A stretch of 64,000 nucleotides of DNA. It comes from Octopus sinensis. Taxonomy: Eukaryota. Position numbers and translations under genes: made by a program. Under the pieces are notes generated by a model, which saw only the letters and a list, made by a program, of their open reading frames with translations, ran no database searches and had not been told where the DNA came from. Of the stretch, positions 12,831-24,952 are shown in pieces; positions within the stretch are counted from its first letter, which is position 1, and each line of letters starts with the position of its first letter. Where the stretch lies: the NCBI RefSeq assembly GCF_006345805.1, contig NC_043021.1:26350001-26414000 (forward strand), given 5' to 3'.

Positions 12831-14103
12831 CACCCTAATATCTTGTATGAGTGTGTATGTGTATAGTTTGAGGGAGAATTGGGTGTTATTTCTAGCATGT
12901 CGAACAACCACACTGAGGCATCTTTCCCTCATGATGCGTAAATGGATGGGTGAGTTTTGAAACGTGTGGATGCTTTGTATTTGGCAGGTGTAAATATTCA
13001 GAAAATTAGGAACAGAGAAGGGTTAGGGGTAGGGTAGATTTTTTTAAAAAATAAAAATTCATAAATATAATTTATTTACAGAATAGTAATCTCTGATGTT
13101 TAAATGTAGACATTCCTCACCAAAGAATTTTAAATTTCACGAAAATTTAAAAACAAAAAATTTGGGAGAGAGGAAAACCAAAATTAATATTTTGAAAAAC
13201 GGTTTTTATTTCTTTTTTGGCAAAATCATAATCTCTATTGCTAAAAACAAGAATCTGCAGAAAATTTTATTTTAAAATAGAAAAAAAAAAAAAGAAAGAC
13301 TAGGGGTGTGTGCCACACATCTGCCAATGCTTCTGACCTGTGCTGGAAATGGTAGAAAACGAGTGTAATTGGAATAAGAAAAGAGTAGAAAGATGTTCTA
13401 AGAATTGTCACTTATGCTGCTAACTTTCCAATGTGTCCTCCACCTCCTCCTCCTCTAATTCTTTTGCATCATTTTAACATCAACTCTCCAAGCTTGCATC
13501 TACAACTGGTGGTGGTGGCAGTAGTGATAGTAGCAGTAGTAGGGAAGGGCATGCACATCGCTGCATCTGTCATTTGTTGGTGACTCCTTACACCTGGCAG
13601 ATGACACCTTTGAACCACTCAGCTGACAACTCATGGGTCTGCTGCTGGTGAGGGTTTTACAAGGTTGGAGTGCAAATCCTACCTTGACTTCTTTTAGAGG
13701 AAACGTTGGGTCCATTGTTTGAGATGCTGGTCCTCACACAGCACTAGAGCAACACAAAAATGAAGTGTTTTGCTCAAGAACACAACATGCTGCCTAGCCC
13801 AGAAAGTGAACCCACAATCTAGCGATCATGAGTGCAACGCCCTAACCACTAAGCCAGGTGTCTTCACATGCTTGCATGGGTCAGATGGAATTTGTTGAGG
13901 CAGCTTTTCTATGGTTGGATGCTCCTCCTGTTTTTCAATCGAGGTAATATTTCCCCATGGCCAGACATGTTTTCATGGAAGACTGGATATGAAAGAGACC
14001 ACTGGTATTCAGTGTAACACTCATTCACAGCTGATGTCAACACAAACTGATACAAATACAGACATACCTACACATACATCTATGCTTAAATATATATATA
14101 TAT

Positions 14104-14322
14104 ATTCCTTTATTCTTGTGTTTCAGTCATTTGACTGTGGCCATGTTGGAGCACTACCTTTAGGCAAACACCTCGACCCCAGGACTTATTCCTTGTAAAC
14201 CTAGTATTTGTTCTATCGTTCTCTTTGGCTGAACCACTAAGTTACGGTATGTAAACACACCAACATCGGTTGTCAAGTGATAGTGGGGACAAACACAGAC
14301 ACACAAACATATACATACATAC

Positions 14323-14398
<76 letters not shown>

Positions 14399-14559
14399 TG
14401 GGCTTCTTTCAGTTTCCATCTACCAAATCCACTCACAAGGCTTTGGTCAGCCTGATGCTATAGTAGAAGACACTTGCCCTAGGTGGCATGCAGTGGGAAT
14501 GAACCTGGAATCATGTGGTTGGGAAGCAAACTTCTTACCATACAGCAACGCCTGTGCCT
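14104..14559 (-). mobile_element. tRNA-headed SINE family 1
   Basis: Consensus blocks and an expanded internal (TA)n. Confidence 0.8.
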
Positions 14560-14569
14560 ATATATATAT

Positions 14570-14942
14570 ATCATCATTTAACGTCCGCTTTCCATGCTAG
14601 CATGGGTTGGACGGTTCAACTGGGGTCTGGGGAGCCCGAAGGCTGCACCAGGCCAGTCAGATCTGGCAGTGTTTCTACAGCTGGATGCCCTTCCTAACGC
14701 CAACCACTCCGAGAGTGTAGTGGGTGATTTTATGTGCCACCGACACAGGTGCCAGACGAGGCTGGTGTTTTTTATGTGCCACCGACACAGGTGCCAGACG
14801 AGGCTGGCAGACGGCCACGCTCGGATGGTGTTTTTTATGTGCCACCGACACAGGTGCCAGATGAGGCTGGTGAACGGCCACGATCGGATGGTGTTTGTGC
14901 CCACAGCACGGAGGCCAGTCGATGCGGTACTGGCTACGGCCA
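14570..14942 (-). mobile_element. RTE LINE 3'UTR fragment with internal duplications
   Basis: Matches 5560-5820; TTTATGTGCCACCGACACAGGTGCCAGA occurs three times. Confidence 0.8.
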
Positions 14943-16904
14943 TATATATATATATTATATATATATATATATATATTAGAAGGTTTGGAGATGATGTACA
15001 GGTATTTTATATTAGAAGAAATGAGGTACTCAGAAATTCAGATGGTTTTATATTTACAGATATTTATTTGTATATTACATGTTTTTATACATCATATAAC
15101 TTAGATCATATATCATATATTAGCGCTTTCATCCATTCTGGTGGAGTTTTCAAATGGAACTGTATATATATATATAGAGAGAGAGAGAGTAGATATGGTT
15201 GTGTGGTTAAGATCTTTGCTTTGCATCCAGATAATTTCAAGTTAAGCTCCACTGCGTCTTCTAGAAGAAGCCCTGGGCTGATGAAAGCCTTCCAAGTGGA
15301 TTTGGTCGACGGAAACTGAAAGAAGCCTGTTGTGCATATACATTATGTTTTTACGTGTATGAGTATGTATATGATAGTTGTAAATGAGTGTCACTGTCAT
15401 ACAAGCAGTGTCATTCATTTTCAATATTCTGTGAGATCCATGCCTGGCCAGGGGAAACACTACCTTACTTGGAAACAGGAAGAGCACCCAGCAGTAGAAA
15501 ATCTGCCTGAATGAATTCCATCTACCCCATGCAAGCATGGGTAAGTGGATGTTAAATTGATGATGATGGTATGCACTGGGCTTCCTTCAGTTTCCATCTA
15601 CCAAACCCATTCACAAGGCTTTGGTCAGCCAAGGATAATGGTACAAGATACTTGCCCAAAGAGTCATACTGTGGGATTGAACCTAAAAACCATGAGGTTG
15701 AGAAGTGAACACAGCCCTTAAGCACACAGCCCTGCCATAAAGGGCTGACTGTATGAAGTGTGAAATGTATAGACAGACTACCATGTCTTGTATGGTAGCA
15801 AAGACCTTATTTACAGTAACTTCAGACACATCAGATGATGTTAGATGTGTAATGTCCACTTGGACGGAAGGCAGTAAGTGGTCAAGCATTAAAAGTGACA
15901 GTAAAACCAACAGCTCTGGTGATGGAGGTGGGGAATTTAGGCGGCAAATAAGTGGAATTGTTTGAGTTAAGGACCAAACACTTTATGGAGTTTGTTCAGG
16001 CTGCTGGTGTTCTAAGTTTGAATTCCATTAGACCTTTCAACTGTGCAAATTAAATATCATTTTTATTCCAGAATTGATATTAAATATCTACCAATAAATA
16101 TTGAATTTGTATCTTCTGAAATTCCTATTGTTTCAATAAATTTGTGAAATCACAACAAAAGAGTTTCAAACTAAATCGCGTTTGCACACCTCCACACATC
16201 CCAAGAAACCACACACACACACACTCCCCCCTACACCCATCGATATACACAGATGCCCTCTTGTATGTGTACACCCCACCCCATAGAACAGCTTCCCCAT
16301 TTGACCCCTAACTTCTATTTTTCAACCATCATTTTTCATTTCTCAGAGATTGGTAATATAAACCTGCTTTCTGCTGTTAGGGTTGATGAAATTTTAAGCA
16401 GCAATATCTGATTTCTGTAGTAAAAAGGTTCAGATCATCATTTCCTATCATCTTTTAGGGGCCAATACTTTGGGGGTATTTGTTCCTGCTGCTCCTTGTA
16501 TTCTGAATTCTTGGCTGGTAAACTTATTCCCCAAGCTGGTCCTGAGGCATCTTTAACAGAATCTTCCACTCTGTCAAAAGTATTTCAACCGGGTCCCTGG
16601 GGGTGGAGAGAACCTCCTCTTTTTTTATTTAACTGAATCATAACCAAAGCTTGTTTCACAACCATCAAGTCTCAGGCTCATTTCCACTGTGCAGTACCTT
16701 CAGCAAATGTCGTCTGCTCCAGTCCCAGTTTACCAATTCCCCACCTTTGGCCTTCATGTTCATACGAGAGCTGTTGGTTCTACTGTTACCGTTAACGTTT
16801 GACCACTTTCTCCCTTCCATCCAAGTGGACATTTGGTAGATAGAAACTAAGACACCCCACAAGGCACCCATCAAATACATACATACATACATACATATAC
16901 ATAC

Positions 16905-17472
16905 ACCTTTGTGGCCAATGCTAGGGGTGTAACCAGTCCACTTATGCGTGCCTCTTCTTCATTGGACACTAAACTCTGCTTGTGAAGACCAGTTGAGGCA
17001 AGTGAAATCGAAGTTGAAATCAAATTCGGTGACTGGCATCTGTTGCTAGTGGAGTGCTAAGGGTACCATATGAGTGAGATGGTTGCCAGAGCAACAAGCT
17101 AGCCTTCGTGCCGATGGCACGTTTAAGCACACCATTCGAGCGTGATTGTTACCGTGTCACTTTACTAGAACTTGTGCTGGTGGCACATGAAACATTCGAG
17201 CGAGGTCGTCGCCAGTGCCACTGGACTGGCTCCTGTGCAGGTGGCACATAAAAAACACCATTTGGGCGTGGCCGTTGCCAGTACCACCAAACTGGCCCTT
17301 GTGCTGGTGGCACGTAAAAGCACCCACTACACTCTCAGAGTGGTTGGCATTAGGAAGGGCATCCAGTTGTAGAAACACTGCCAGATCAGATTGGAGTCTG
17401 GTTCGCCAGACCTCAGTCAAATCATCCAACCTATGCCAGCATGGAAAGCGAACATTAAATGATGATGATGAT
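16905..17472 (+). mobile_element. RTE LINE 3'UTR fragment
   Basis: Matches 5370-5820; (GAT)n tail. Confidence 0.8.
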
Positions 17473-17518
17473 ACACATACATACACATACATACATATAT
17501 ATATACATATATATATAC

Positions 17519-17570
<52 letters not shown>

Positions 17571-18028
17571 CCTGCATTGGTTTGGATGAAGACAGCTGCA
17601 TAAAGATGTGCCTAGCTCTAATTGTGGAGGGAACCCGTGTAAGTGGGAGACCCAGGAAGACATTGGACAAGGTGATGAGAAAGGATTGTCAGATGCTGAG
17701 GATATGACAAGGGTCTGGGAATTGGGGACATTAAATGACGACGACGATGATGATGATGATGATATGTGTGTGTTTGTGTATTCAATACTCACACATACAG
17801 ACATATCTACATATATATATATATACACACACACACATAGGCGCGTGTGTGTGTGTGTGTGTGTGTGTCATTCCTCATTTCTTCCAACTGCTGACCTCAT
17901 TGCCTCCATTGTCTGTGCGTCACATATAATTAATTACTCATCAAGAGTCACAACAACAGCTGACAACCTGACTGAAGCAACACAAACCATTAATGGAACG
18001 AGTCAGTTGGACTGCGTAACATGTTGTC

Positions 18029-18059
<31 letters not shown>

Positions 18060-18340
18060 CATTTTAACATGATAACCACACGTGCACGCACACACACACA
18101 CACACACACAAAGAGGACGGCTATTGTAGTCTGAGTTGATCAAACCTACAAAACAGAATAACTGAACCCTTTATAAACCCTCTGCCATGTTTTAAAGAAG
18201 GAATTACATGTTTTTTGGACCCTAAAATTCTAGGCTTGCATATCTTATAATAAATATTAGTAAAACATACTTGAATCTACACACTTCAAACACAAGGCAT
18301 ACAATCATAGCGTTTAACTCAATCTATATATATATATATA

Positions 18341-18526
18341 TCATCATCATCATCATCGTCATTTAACGTCCGTTCTCCATGCTAGCATGGGTTGGACGGT
18401 TCGACCGGGGTTCTGGGAAGCCAGAAGGCTGCACCAGGCTCCAGTCTAATTTGGCAATGTTTCTACAGCTGGATGCCCTTCCTAACGCCAACCACTCCGT
18501 GAGTGTAGTGGGTGCTTTTTACGTGA
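18341..18526 (-). mobile_element. RTE LINE 3' end
   Basis: Near-identical to 42028-42210. Confidence 0.8.
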
Positions 18527-18588
18527 TATATATATATATATATATGCATGTATATGTGTGTACATATGTATATATGTGTGTGTGTGTA

Positions 18589-18628
<40 letters not shown>

Positions 18629-18656
18629 GTGTATGTATATATATATATATATATAT

Positions 18657-19043
18657 ACTCTTTTGTCTCTTTTACTTGTTTCAGTCATTTGACTGTGGCC
18701 ATGCTGGAGCACCGCCTTTAATCGAGCAACTCGACCCCGGGACTTATTCTTTTGTAAGCCTAGTACTTATTCTATTGGTCTCTTTTGCCAAACCGCCAAG
18801 TAACGGGGAGATAAATACACCAGCATCGGTTGTCAAGCAATGCTAGGGGACAAACACAAACACACACACGCATATATACATATATACGACAGGCTTCTTT
18901 CAGTTTCCGTCTACCAAATCCACTCACAAGGCATTGGTCGGCCCAGGGCTATAGCAGAAGACACTTGCCCAAGATGCCACACAGTGGGACTGAACCCGGA
19001 ACCATGTGGTTGGTAGGCAAGCTACTTACCACACAGCCACTCA
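18657..19043 (-). mobile_element. tRNA-headed SINE family 1 (young subfamily)
   Basis: Highly similar to 50110-50495 and 63612-64000. Confidence 0.85.
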
Positions 19044-19250
19044 TGTGTATGTACATATATATATATATATAGTATTACTCTTTTCTTTTACTTGTTTCAG
19101 TCATTTGACTGCGGCCATGCTGGAGCACCACCTTTAGTCGAGCAAATCAACCCCAGGACTTATTCTTTGTAAGCCTAGTACTTATTCTATCGGTCTCTTT
19201 TGCCGAACTGCTAAGTTACATTTTTTTCTCTCTTTGTTTTTTCTGTGTCC

Positions 19251-19286
19251 CTTTCTGTAGAAGAGCGTAGGCTCGAAACGTAAAAG
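19251..19286 (+). ncRNA. Minimal type-I hammerhead-like motif (variant core)
   Basis: CTTT-CTGTAGA-A-GAGC GTAG GCTC-GAAA-C-GTA-AAAG; palindromic ACGT at stem III. Confidence 0.55.
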
Positions 19287-19400
19287 GCTTTTTCTATTCC
19301 TGAGCATTATACTAATACATCTGTTTGTTTTGTACACCACCTGTCTTCGTCTTTTGCTTTTTTCGTGAACTCTCCCTATATATATATGTGTGTGTGTGTG

Positions 19401-19444
<44 letters not shown>

Positions 19445-19818
19445 AGTAAGTAAAAGAATAAAAGAATATATATATATGAGGCAAATCGTTGCTAAACCCT
19501 TAATTACTTAGTATTACTTAAACTTTCCTCGAACGAGGCTTTTACATGCCGAAATCTACTTGGTGAAATTAATGATTATTCCAAATTAATTAGTTTTACC
19601 CTATTTTATTACTGATATATATATATATATATATATATATTCTTTTATTCTTTTACTTGCTTCAGTCATTTGACTGTGGCCATGCTGGAGCATTGCCTTT
19701 AGTCGAACAAATTGACCCCAGGACTTATTCTTTGTAAGCCTAGTACTTATCCTTTCAGTCTCTTTTGCTGAACTGCTAAGTTACAGGGATGTAAACACAG
19801 ACACACAAATACACACAC

Positions 19819-19856
<38 letters not shown>

Positions 19857-19879
19857 CGATACATACGATACAGCTAAGG

Positions 19880-20300
19880 GTCAGACCCGATTCTGATTGG
19901 TCAACAAGTTGATGACGTCTAGCTCTGCTAGAATGGACAGGATACAAACAGGGACAATCATTAGTCAGAATATTGATGACGTCCTTTTCTGCTTGACTAG
20001 TCACCTAACAAGTACAGACAGGGGGCAGATCTAATGTAGTAGCTATAAGTCGTGATTGGGCAGAATCTGGATGACGTCCCGTTCTGCTTGACTAACGAAG
20101 CGACTGGTCAAAACAGAAACAAATAAGAGGCAGTTATAATGCAGCGATTGGTCAAAATGATGATGACGTCCCGTTCTGCTTGACTAAAGCCACCTAACGA
20201 AACGATTGGTCAAAACGTTGATGACGTCACGCTACGCTGGATTGACCACCTAACAGGCATTATAAAACCGAGCACTTCACAAAACTCACTAGAACCACCC
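19880..20300 (+). promoter_or_regulatory. Array of inverted CCAAT + CRE-like sites followed by a TATA box (LTR U3-like)
   Basis: Four ATTGG-N12-TGACGTC units plus one degenerate unit; TATAAAA at 20261-20267. Confidence 0.6.
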
Positions 20301-20706
20301 AGCGAACATCCACCATGGGTCATCACAATTGCTTAAGGTAAAAATGAATGATCCTCTGCTCTTTCGGAAACATCAATCTTCTGTATTGACCGCTTTCCAC
20401 CACTTTGATCTGTTTTTTGTATTGAATACGTATCGCCACCGTGGGCCACTGCATCGAACACTTTGAACATATACTTCAAACTATATATCAACTATACATG
20501 AACTATATATCAACTATACATGAACTCTAAGATGTCTGACTCCGTTGTGTATTATAAATGAATTTCTTGTGTTTGACGGCATGAGCTGTCTTTTTTTATA
20601 TATAACTTTTTTTGATAAGGTTCATTTCAGGAACTGAAACATGTTATAATGTATATATAAACATTAAAAATTGTATATACAGCAGCATTTTCGAACTTCA
20701 TTTTTT

Positions 20707-20757
<51 letters not shown>

Positions 20758-21892
20758 TTATATATATATACATGTATGTATGTATGTATGTATGCATATA
20801 CATATTTATACTTATATGTGTGTGTGTGTGTGTATATATCACATATATGTATATCTATATCATCATCATCATAGACATCATCATCATCATTTAACATCCA
20901 TGTTCCCTGCTGCCATAGAAAGAGAAAAATGATCAGCAGGAACTGCAAGGCATGGATGATGACAATCAGATACCCAGGTGTCCCCCACAAGGCATTCGGT
21001 GAGTAGAAGTGGGTGGGTAGTTAATTTGCAAGGTTGTATGGGAAGGAGGATGAATACAGCAAATAAACATCTAATGAATACGTAACCATGGTGATTGAAC
21101 AACTGATATTATCAAAACAGATGCGAGATTCATTTGCATATGACATCAGATTTACATGGCCAGGTGAGTTATGTCTTTTTTTATGTGAATTTTTGAATGC
21201 TTTGAATACACCTGTGACACAAAGAGTCTGGATTAGGATTATGTTAAGGATACAAGGATTTGTGGAATTTTCAACCGCATACAACAAGCCATCTGGCCCC
21301 TCCTCGTCCATTCTCTGTACCCTCTTTTAAGCTCACCTCCTTGCTCCTTGATGGCTTATCATGACACCTCATCACTATGGTCTTATTCTCTTCCCAGCTA
21401 CACCCACCCTTATAGCTATGTATCTTCTTTAGAGAAAGACATCTGTGCCCACCCCTCCAACACACCCCAATCTCTCAACCTGTGGCACAAAGCCACTTCC
21501 CCACCCCTCAAATACTCCCCCATCTCCACTTAGACAAAGACATTCTTTCTTTTTCTTGTTCTTTTCCTGTGCTACAAGTTACTCAGTGATCCCATTGATG
21601 CAAGTGCGATAAAAAAATGTACCTGGTACACTCTGCAAAGTGGTCGGCACCAGGAAGGCTCTCCAGTTGCAGACACCAAGCAGAAGCTATTGTTAGCACT
21701 AAATATAGCCCTGTGGCTTACCAGATCTTGTCAACCTATCCAACCCATGCTAGATTCGATAATGGATGCCAAATGAATCATCATCATCATTTAACGCCTG
21801 CTTTCCATGCTGGCATGTGTTGGACAGTTTGACTGAGGGCTGGTGAGCTAGAAGGCTGCACCAGGCTCCAATCCAATCTGGCAATGGAGCCT

Positions 21893-22535
21893 GAGGGGAA
21901 GTCGATAATTACCTGCACTTTCACCATAACATATCATTATTATTGTCTCCCTGCCTTCTACGCATGCAAGCTTATTACTGTTGGTATTACTGTGGTCACT
22001 TGATCGCAGTTTGAGCCTGATCACACCATTTTTCTTTCTGGTTTTACAGTGTAAGCCTGGCTGCTCCACTAGCAATGGGCACCAAAGAAGAACAAAGAGC
22101 AGTAATCCAAGAGATGGCAATGGGGAACCGGTTCTCCATTAACATCTCCAAGAGAACCGGTTCCCCATTAACATCTCTTAAGCTTGCTGAATCTTCTCGT
22201 CAGTGGTGGAGGTTGACAGACGTCCTTCTCCCTCTTCATGCATCATGCTTCTCTGGCCACTTGTAAACTTCTCGATCCACTCATACACACTTCTACGTGG
22301 TAGGGCACTGTGCTAAAGGCCTCCGATGAATTTCAGCACCTGACACACCATTTGACCAAAGAAATCTGACCACTGCGCTTTGTTCTTCTTTGGTGCACAT
22401 TGCTAGTGGAGCGACCGTGCTTACACTGCAAAAGCACAATTGTACCGACTTTAAACAGGCATCCGCAGAAAGCAGTGTGACAATAATAAAGTTAGGCTAT
22501 GGCAAAAGTGCAGATAATTTTTGACTTCCCCTCGT
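21893..22535. mobile_element. Fold-back mariner derivative made of two inverted 5' ends
   Basis: TIR-like GAGGGGAAGTC at both ends. Plus arm encodes MGTKEEQRAVI; minus arm encodes MCTKEEQSAVVRFLWSNGVSGAEIHRR..VYEWIEKF..EGEGRLSTSTTDEKIQQA (mariner HTH N-terminus). Confidence 0.8.
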
Positions 22536-22550
22536 GTATGTATGTATGTA

Positions 22551-22619
<69 letters not shown>

Positions 22620-22830
22620 GTATGTGTGTGTTTGTATCTGTGTTTGTTCTCCTCACGACCATTTGACAACTGGTGTAGGTGTGTTTATGTCCCTGTAACT
22701 TAGTGGTTCAGCAAAAGAGACCAATAAAATAAATACAAGGCTTGAAAAATAAGTACTCAGATCGATTCATTGACTAAAAATTCAAGGTGGTGTCCCAGCA
22801 TGGCCACAGTCTAATGACTGAAAAAAGATA

Positions 22831-22900
<70 letters not shown>

Positions 22901-23309
22901 ACATGTATATATATCTATATATATATATATATATATACTTATATTAAGGCATTAATTACTATACATAAATGCCTCACGCTAGGAGGGACTTTTAAAGTCA
23001 AAACTACCATAATAAATAAACACATTGTACCGAATTCGAGGAAATGCAACTCTTGAAATGAGCATTTTAAAAACAGAATTCAGCTGCATATCATATGATT
23101 TCATAATTAGTGCACAAAATGCACTTTTTAATCTTCAGTGCAAGCATAACTCAAGATACACAAAAATGAACAAAAAATCAACATACCAGATGAACACCAA
23201 ATGTATCCAGCATATATGCATACACACACACACACACACAGAAGTAGTAATAATGAAAGGTACTGAAACAAGAATTAAAATAAATGAATAAATAAATAAA
23301 TCTGCCTGT

Positions 23310-23315
23310 ACTCAC
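23310..23315 (-). other. Splice donor GTGAGT
   Basis: Consensus donor at the point where protein similarity ends. Confidence 0.85.
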
Positions 23316-24767
23316 CGCTTTATCTGCATGGTAATCCGAAACAAGGATAAAAGGAATGGTTGTTAATGTAGCATATCCGAAACCTGTGACTGCAGCCACA
23401 GCATTTACAATGATTATATTGTGACAGAAGACCATTATGAACATAGCGAGGGAGAAACTGGCCATTCCGCAAAGATAGGTGAGTCGGCAGCCATACCGTT
23501 CCACCAAACGCTCAATGAAAGGGGAATATGCAGCAGATGTCATGCAATGTAACAGGAGACCCCAGCTTCCCATTCGCACGCCTTCGTCGAAATTGTTCCG
23601 TGACAAGGAATTCTCAGGGGCATTAGGATTGCCATCGTAAACGGCTTGGCCAACATAATCGGTGTAGAAAAGTGTGAATCCCATCACGGCAGTCCAACTA
23701 CAGAAGTTGGCAGCAGCTAGCTGCCGAAGAACGAAGGGTATATCAAGTAAAGCTTGGATATTTTCAGGTAATCGATGATATATGCCTGTCCAGAGAGATT
23801 TAATAAGGCGTTTGCTATATTTACAAATATGACAAATGATTGGCAATTTAACAGTCAATAATGTTAAGCTGAGTATACAAGAAATTACTTTTGAGAGGAA
23901 CACAGGTGATGAGTTGATCAATCTGGTCTTTGATGCTGTCCTTTGACTTTTTAGTGATGTTGCAGAAGTTGTGTTATCGTCTGATATAGACTCGTTACTG
24001 CTTGTTTCATAACCAGACTCATGAATATTGTTCGTTACTAAAGGCACCCCTTCTACGTCTCCAGAATATAACAGTGATTGTTCTTGGCTATTCTGTAACT
24101 GCGGAGTCTCCTCTGCAATCATCAGAGTCGCAGCAGATGATAAAAGGTATAAAACTAAAAGAATTGCAAAAATGGATTGTTCCTGTCCCCCGAAATAGTG
24201 TCCTAGAGATGAGTTGCTCCAGTCTAGAGCTGTTATCAAATAACCAACACAGCCACCAAAGCTGACCATGAAAGAATAAATTGTAAAAATTCTCTCTTTC
24301 TGATCTGTGCCTTCTGAAGCATCTGAAAGAAGAGCCTCACATGGTGTTAGCAATGACTGTGTCGAGAAATCCAGTAAGATGACACCAGCAGTTAAAACAA
24401 AAATCCCTAAGTGGGAGGTGGTAATTACTTCACTCTGTTCTGTGAGATAAAGGTTATCACCAGACAGAATGAACACAAGAGATAATAAAATTAGCAGAGA
24501 TATCCAAAATATGAAAGGACGCCTTCTTCCATATTTACTTTTACACTGATCACTGGCTCGACCCATGAGGGGCACAATGATCAAACAGAGAAGTGGACCC
24601 ATTCCCAGAATGATGCTCATATTCTCTTCAGAGTAACCAACTTTGAGAAGCAGTGGAGAGATGCACGTGAAACCAGCACATGCACAGATTTCAACTCCAA
24701 AGACCACAGAGTTGAGCAGAACCATCTGAGAGAAGGACAAGGTTTTCCTGCTTTGCTGCGGCAACAT
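23316..24767 (-). CDS. SLC45A3: SLC45A3 (prostein)-like MFS transporter, main coding exon (484 codons, about TM1-10); C-terminal exon not located in window
   Basis: ORF has the SLC45/sucrose-transporter signature DQCKSKYGRRRPFI, plus LLDFSTQSLLTPCEALLSD, FTLFYTDYVGQAVYDGNP and FDEGVRMGSWGLL. The N-terminus LLNSVVFGVEICACAGFTCISPLLLKVG resembles vertebrate SLC45A3. Similarity stops at ...YHADKA, exactly at a GCG|GTGAGT donor (phase 0). Confidence 0.9.
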
Positions 24768-24812
24768 CTTCGCTTGTCTTGCAATTTCTCCAGAAGAAGA
24801 ATCAGTTGAAGC

Positions 24813-24893
24813 TCATAAATGTTTGTGTAACATGTACAGCTTTTCTTTCAATTTGCTTGTTGCATCGTGCTTCGCTTTCATTGTCCAGTCCAT
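24813..24893 (-). promoter_or_regulatory. Upstream ORF (MDWTMKAKHDATSKLKEKLYMLHKHL*) in frame with SLC45A3 CDS
   Basis: AAAATGG start at 24893 and TGA at 24815-24813. The start is 126 nt (42 codons) upstream of the main ATG at 24767. Confidence 0.7.
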
Positions 24894-24922
24894 TTTAAGG
24901 GTGGGAAGACAGGTCTTGAAAG

Positions 24923-24952
24923 CTGGACAAAGGAATAGAGAAAAATAAAAGA
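24923..24952 (-). other. Splice acceptor of the SLC45A3 coding exon
   Basis: Minus strand reads TCTTTTATTTTTCTCTATTCCTTTGTCCAG|CTTTC: a polypyrimidine tract plus CAG. Confidence 0.7.

Noticed and set aside
23178-23315. C-terminal 45 codons of the 529-aa ORF
   Set aside because: Read-through into the intron past a consensus GTGAGT donor; includes a (TG)n repeat.
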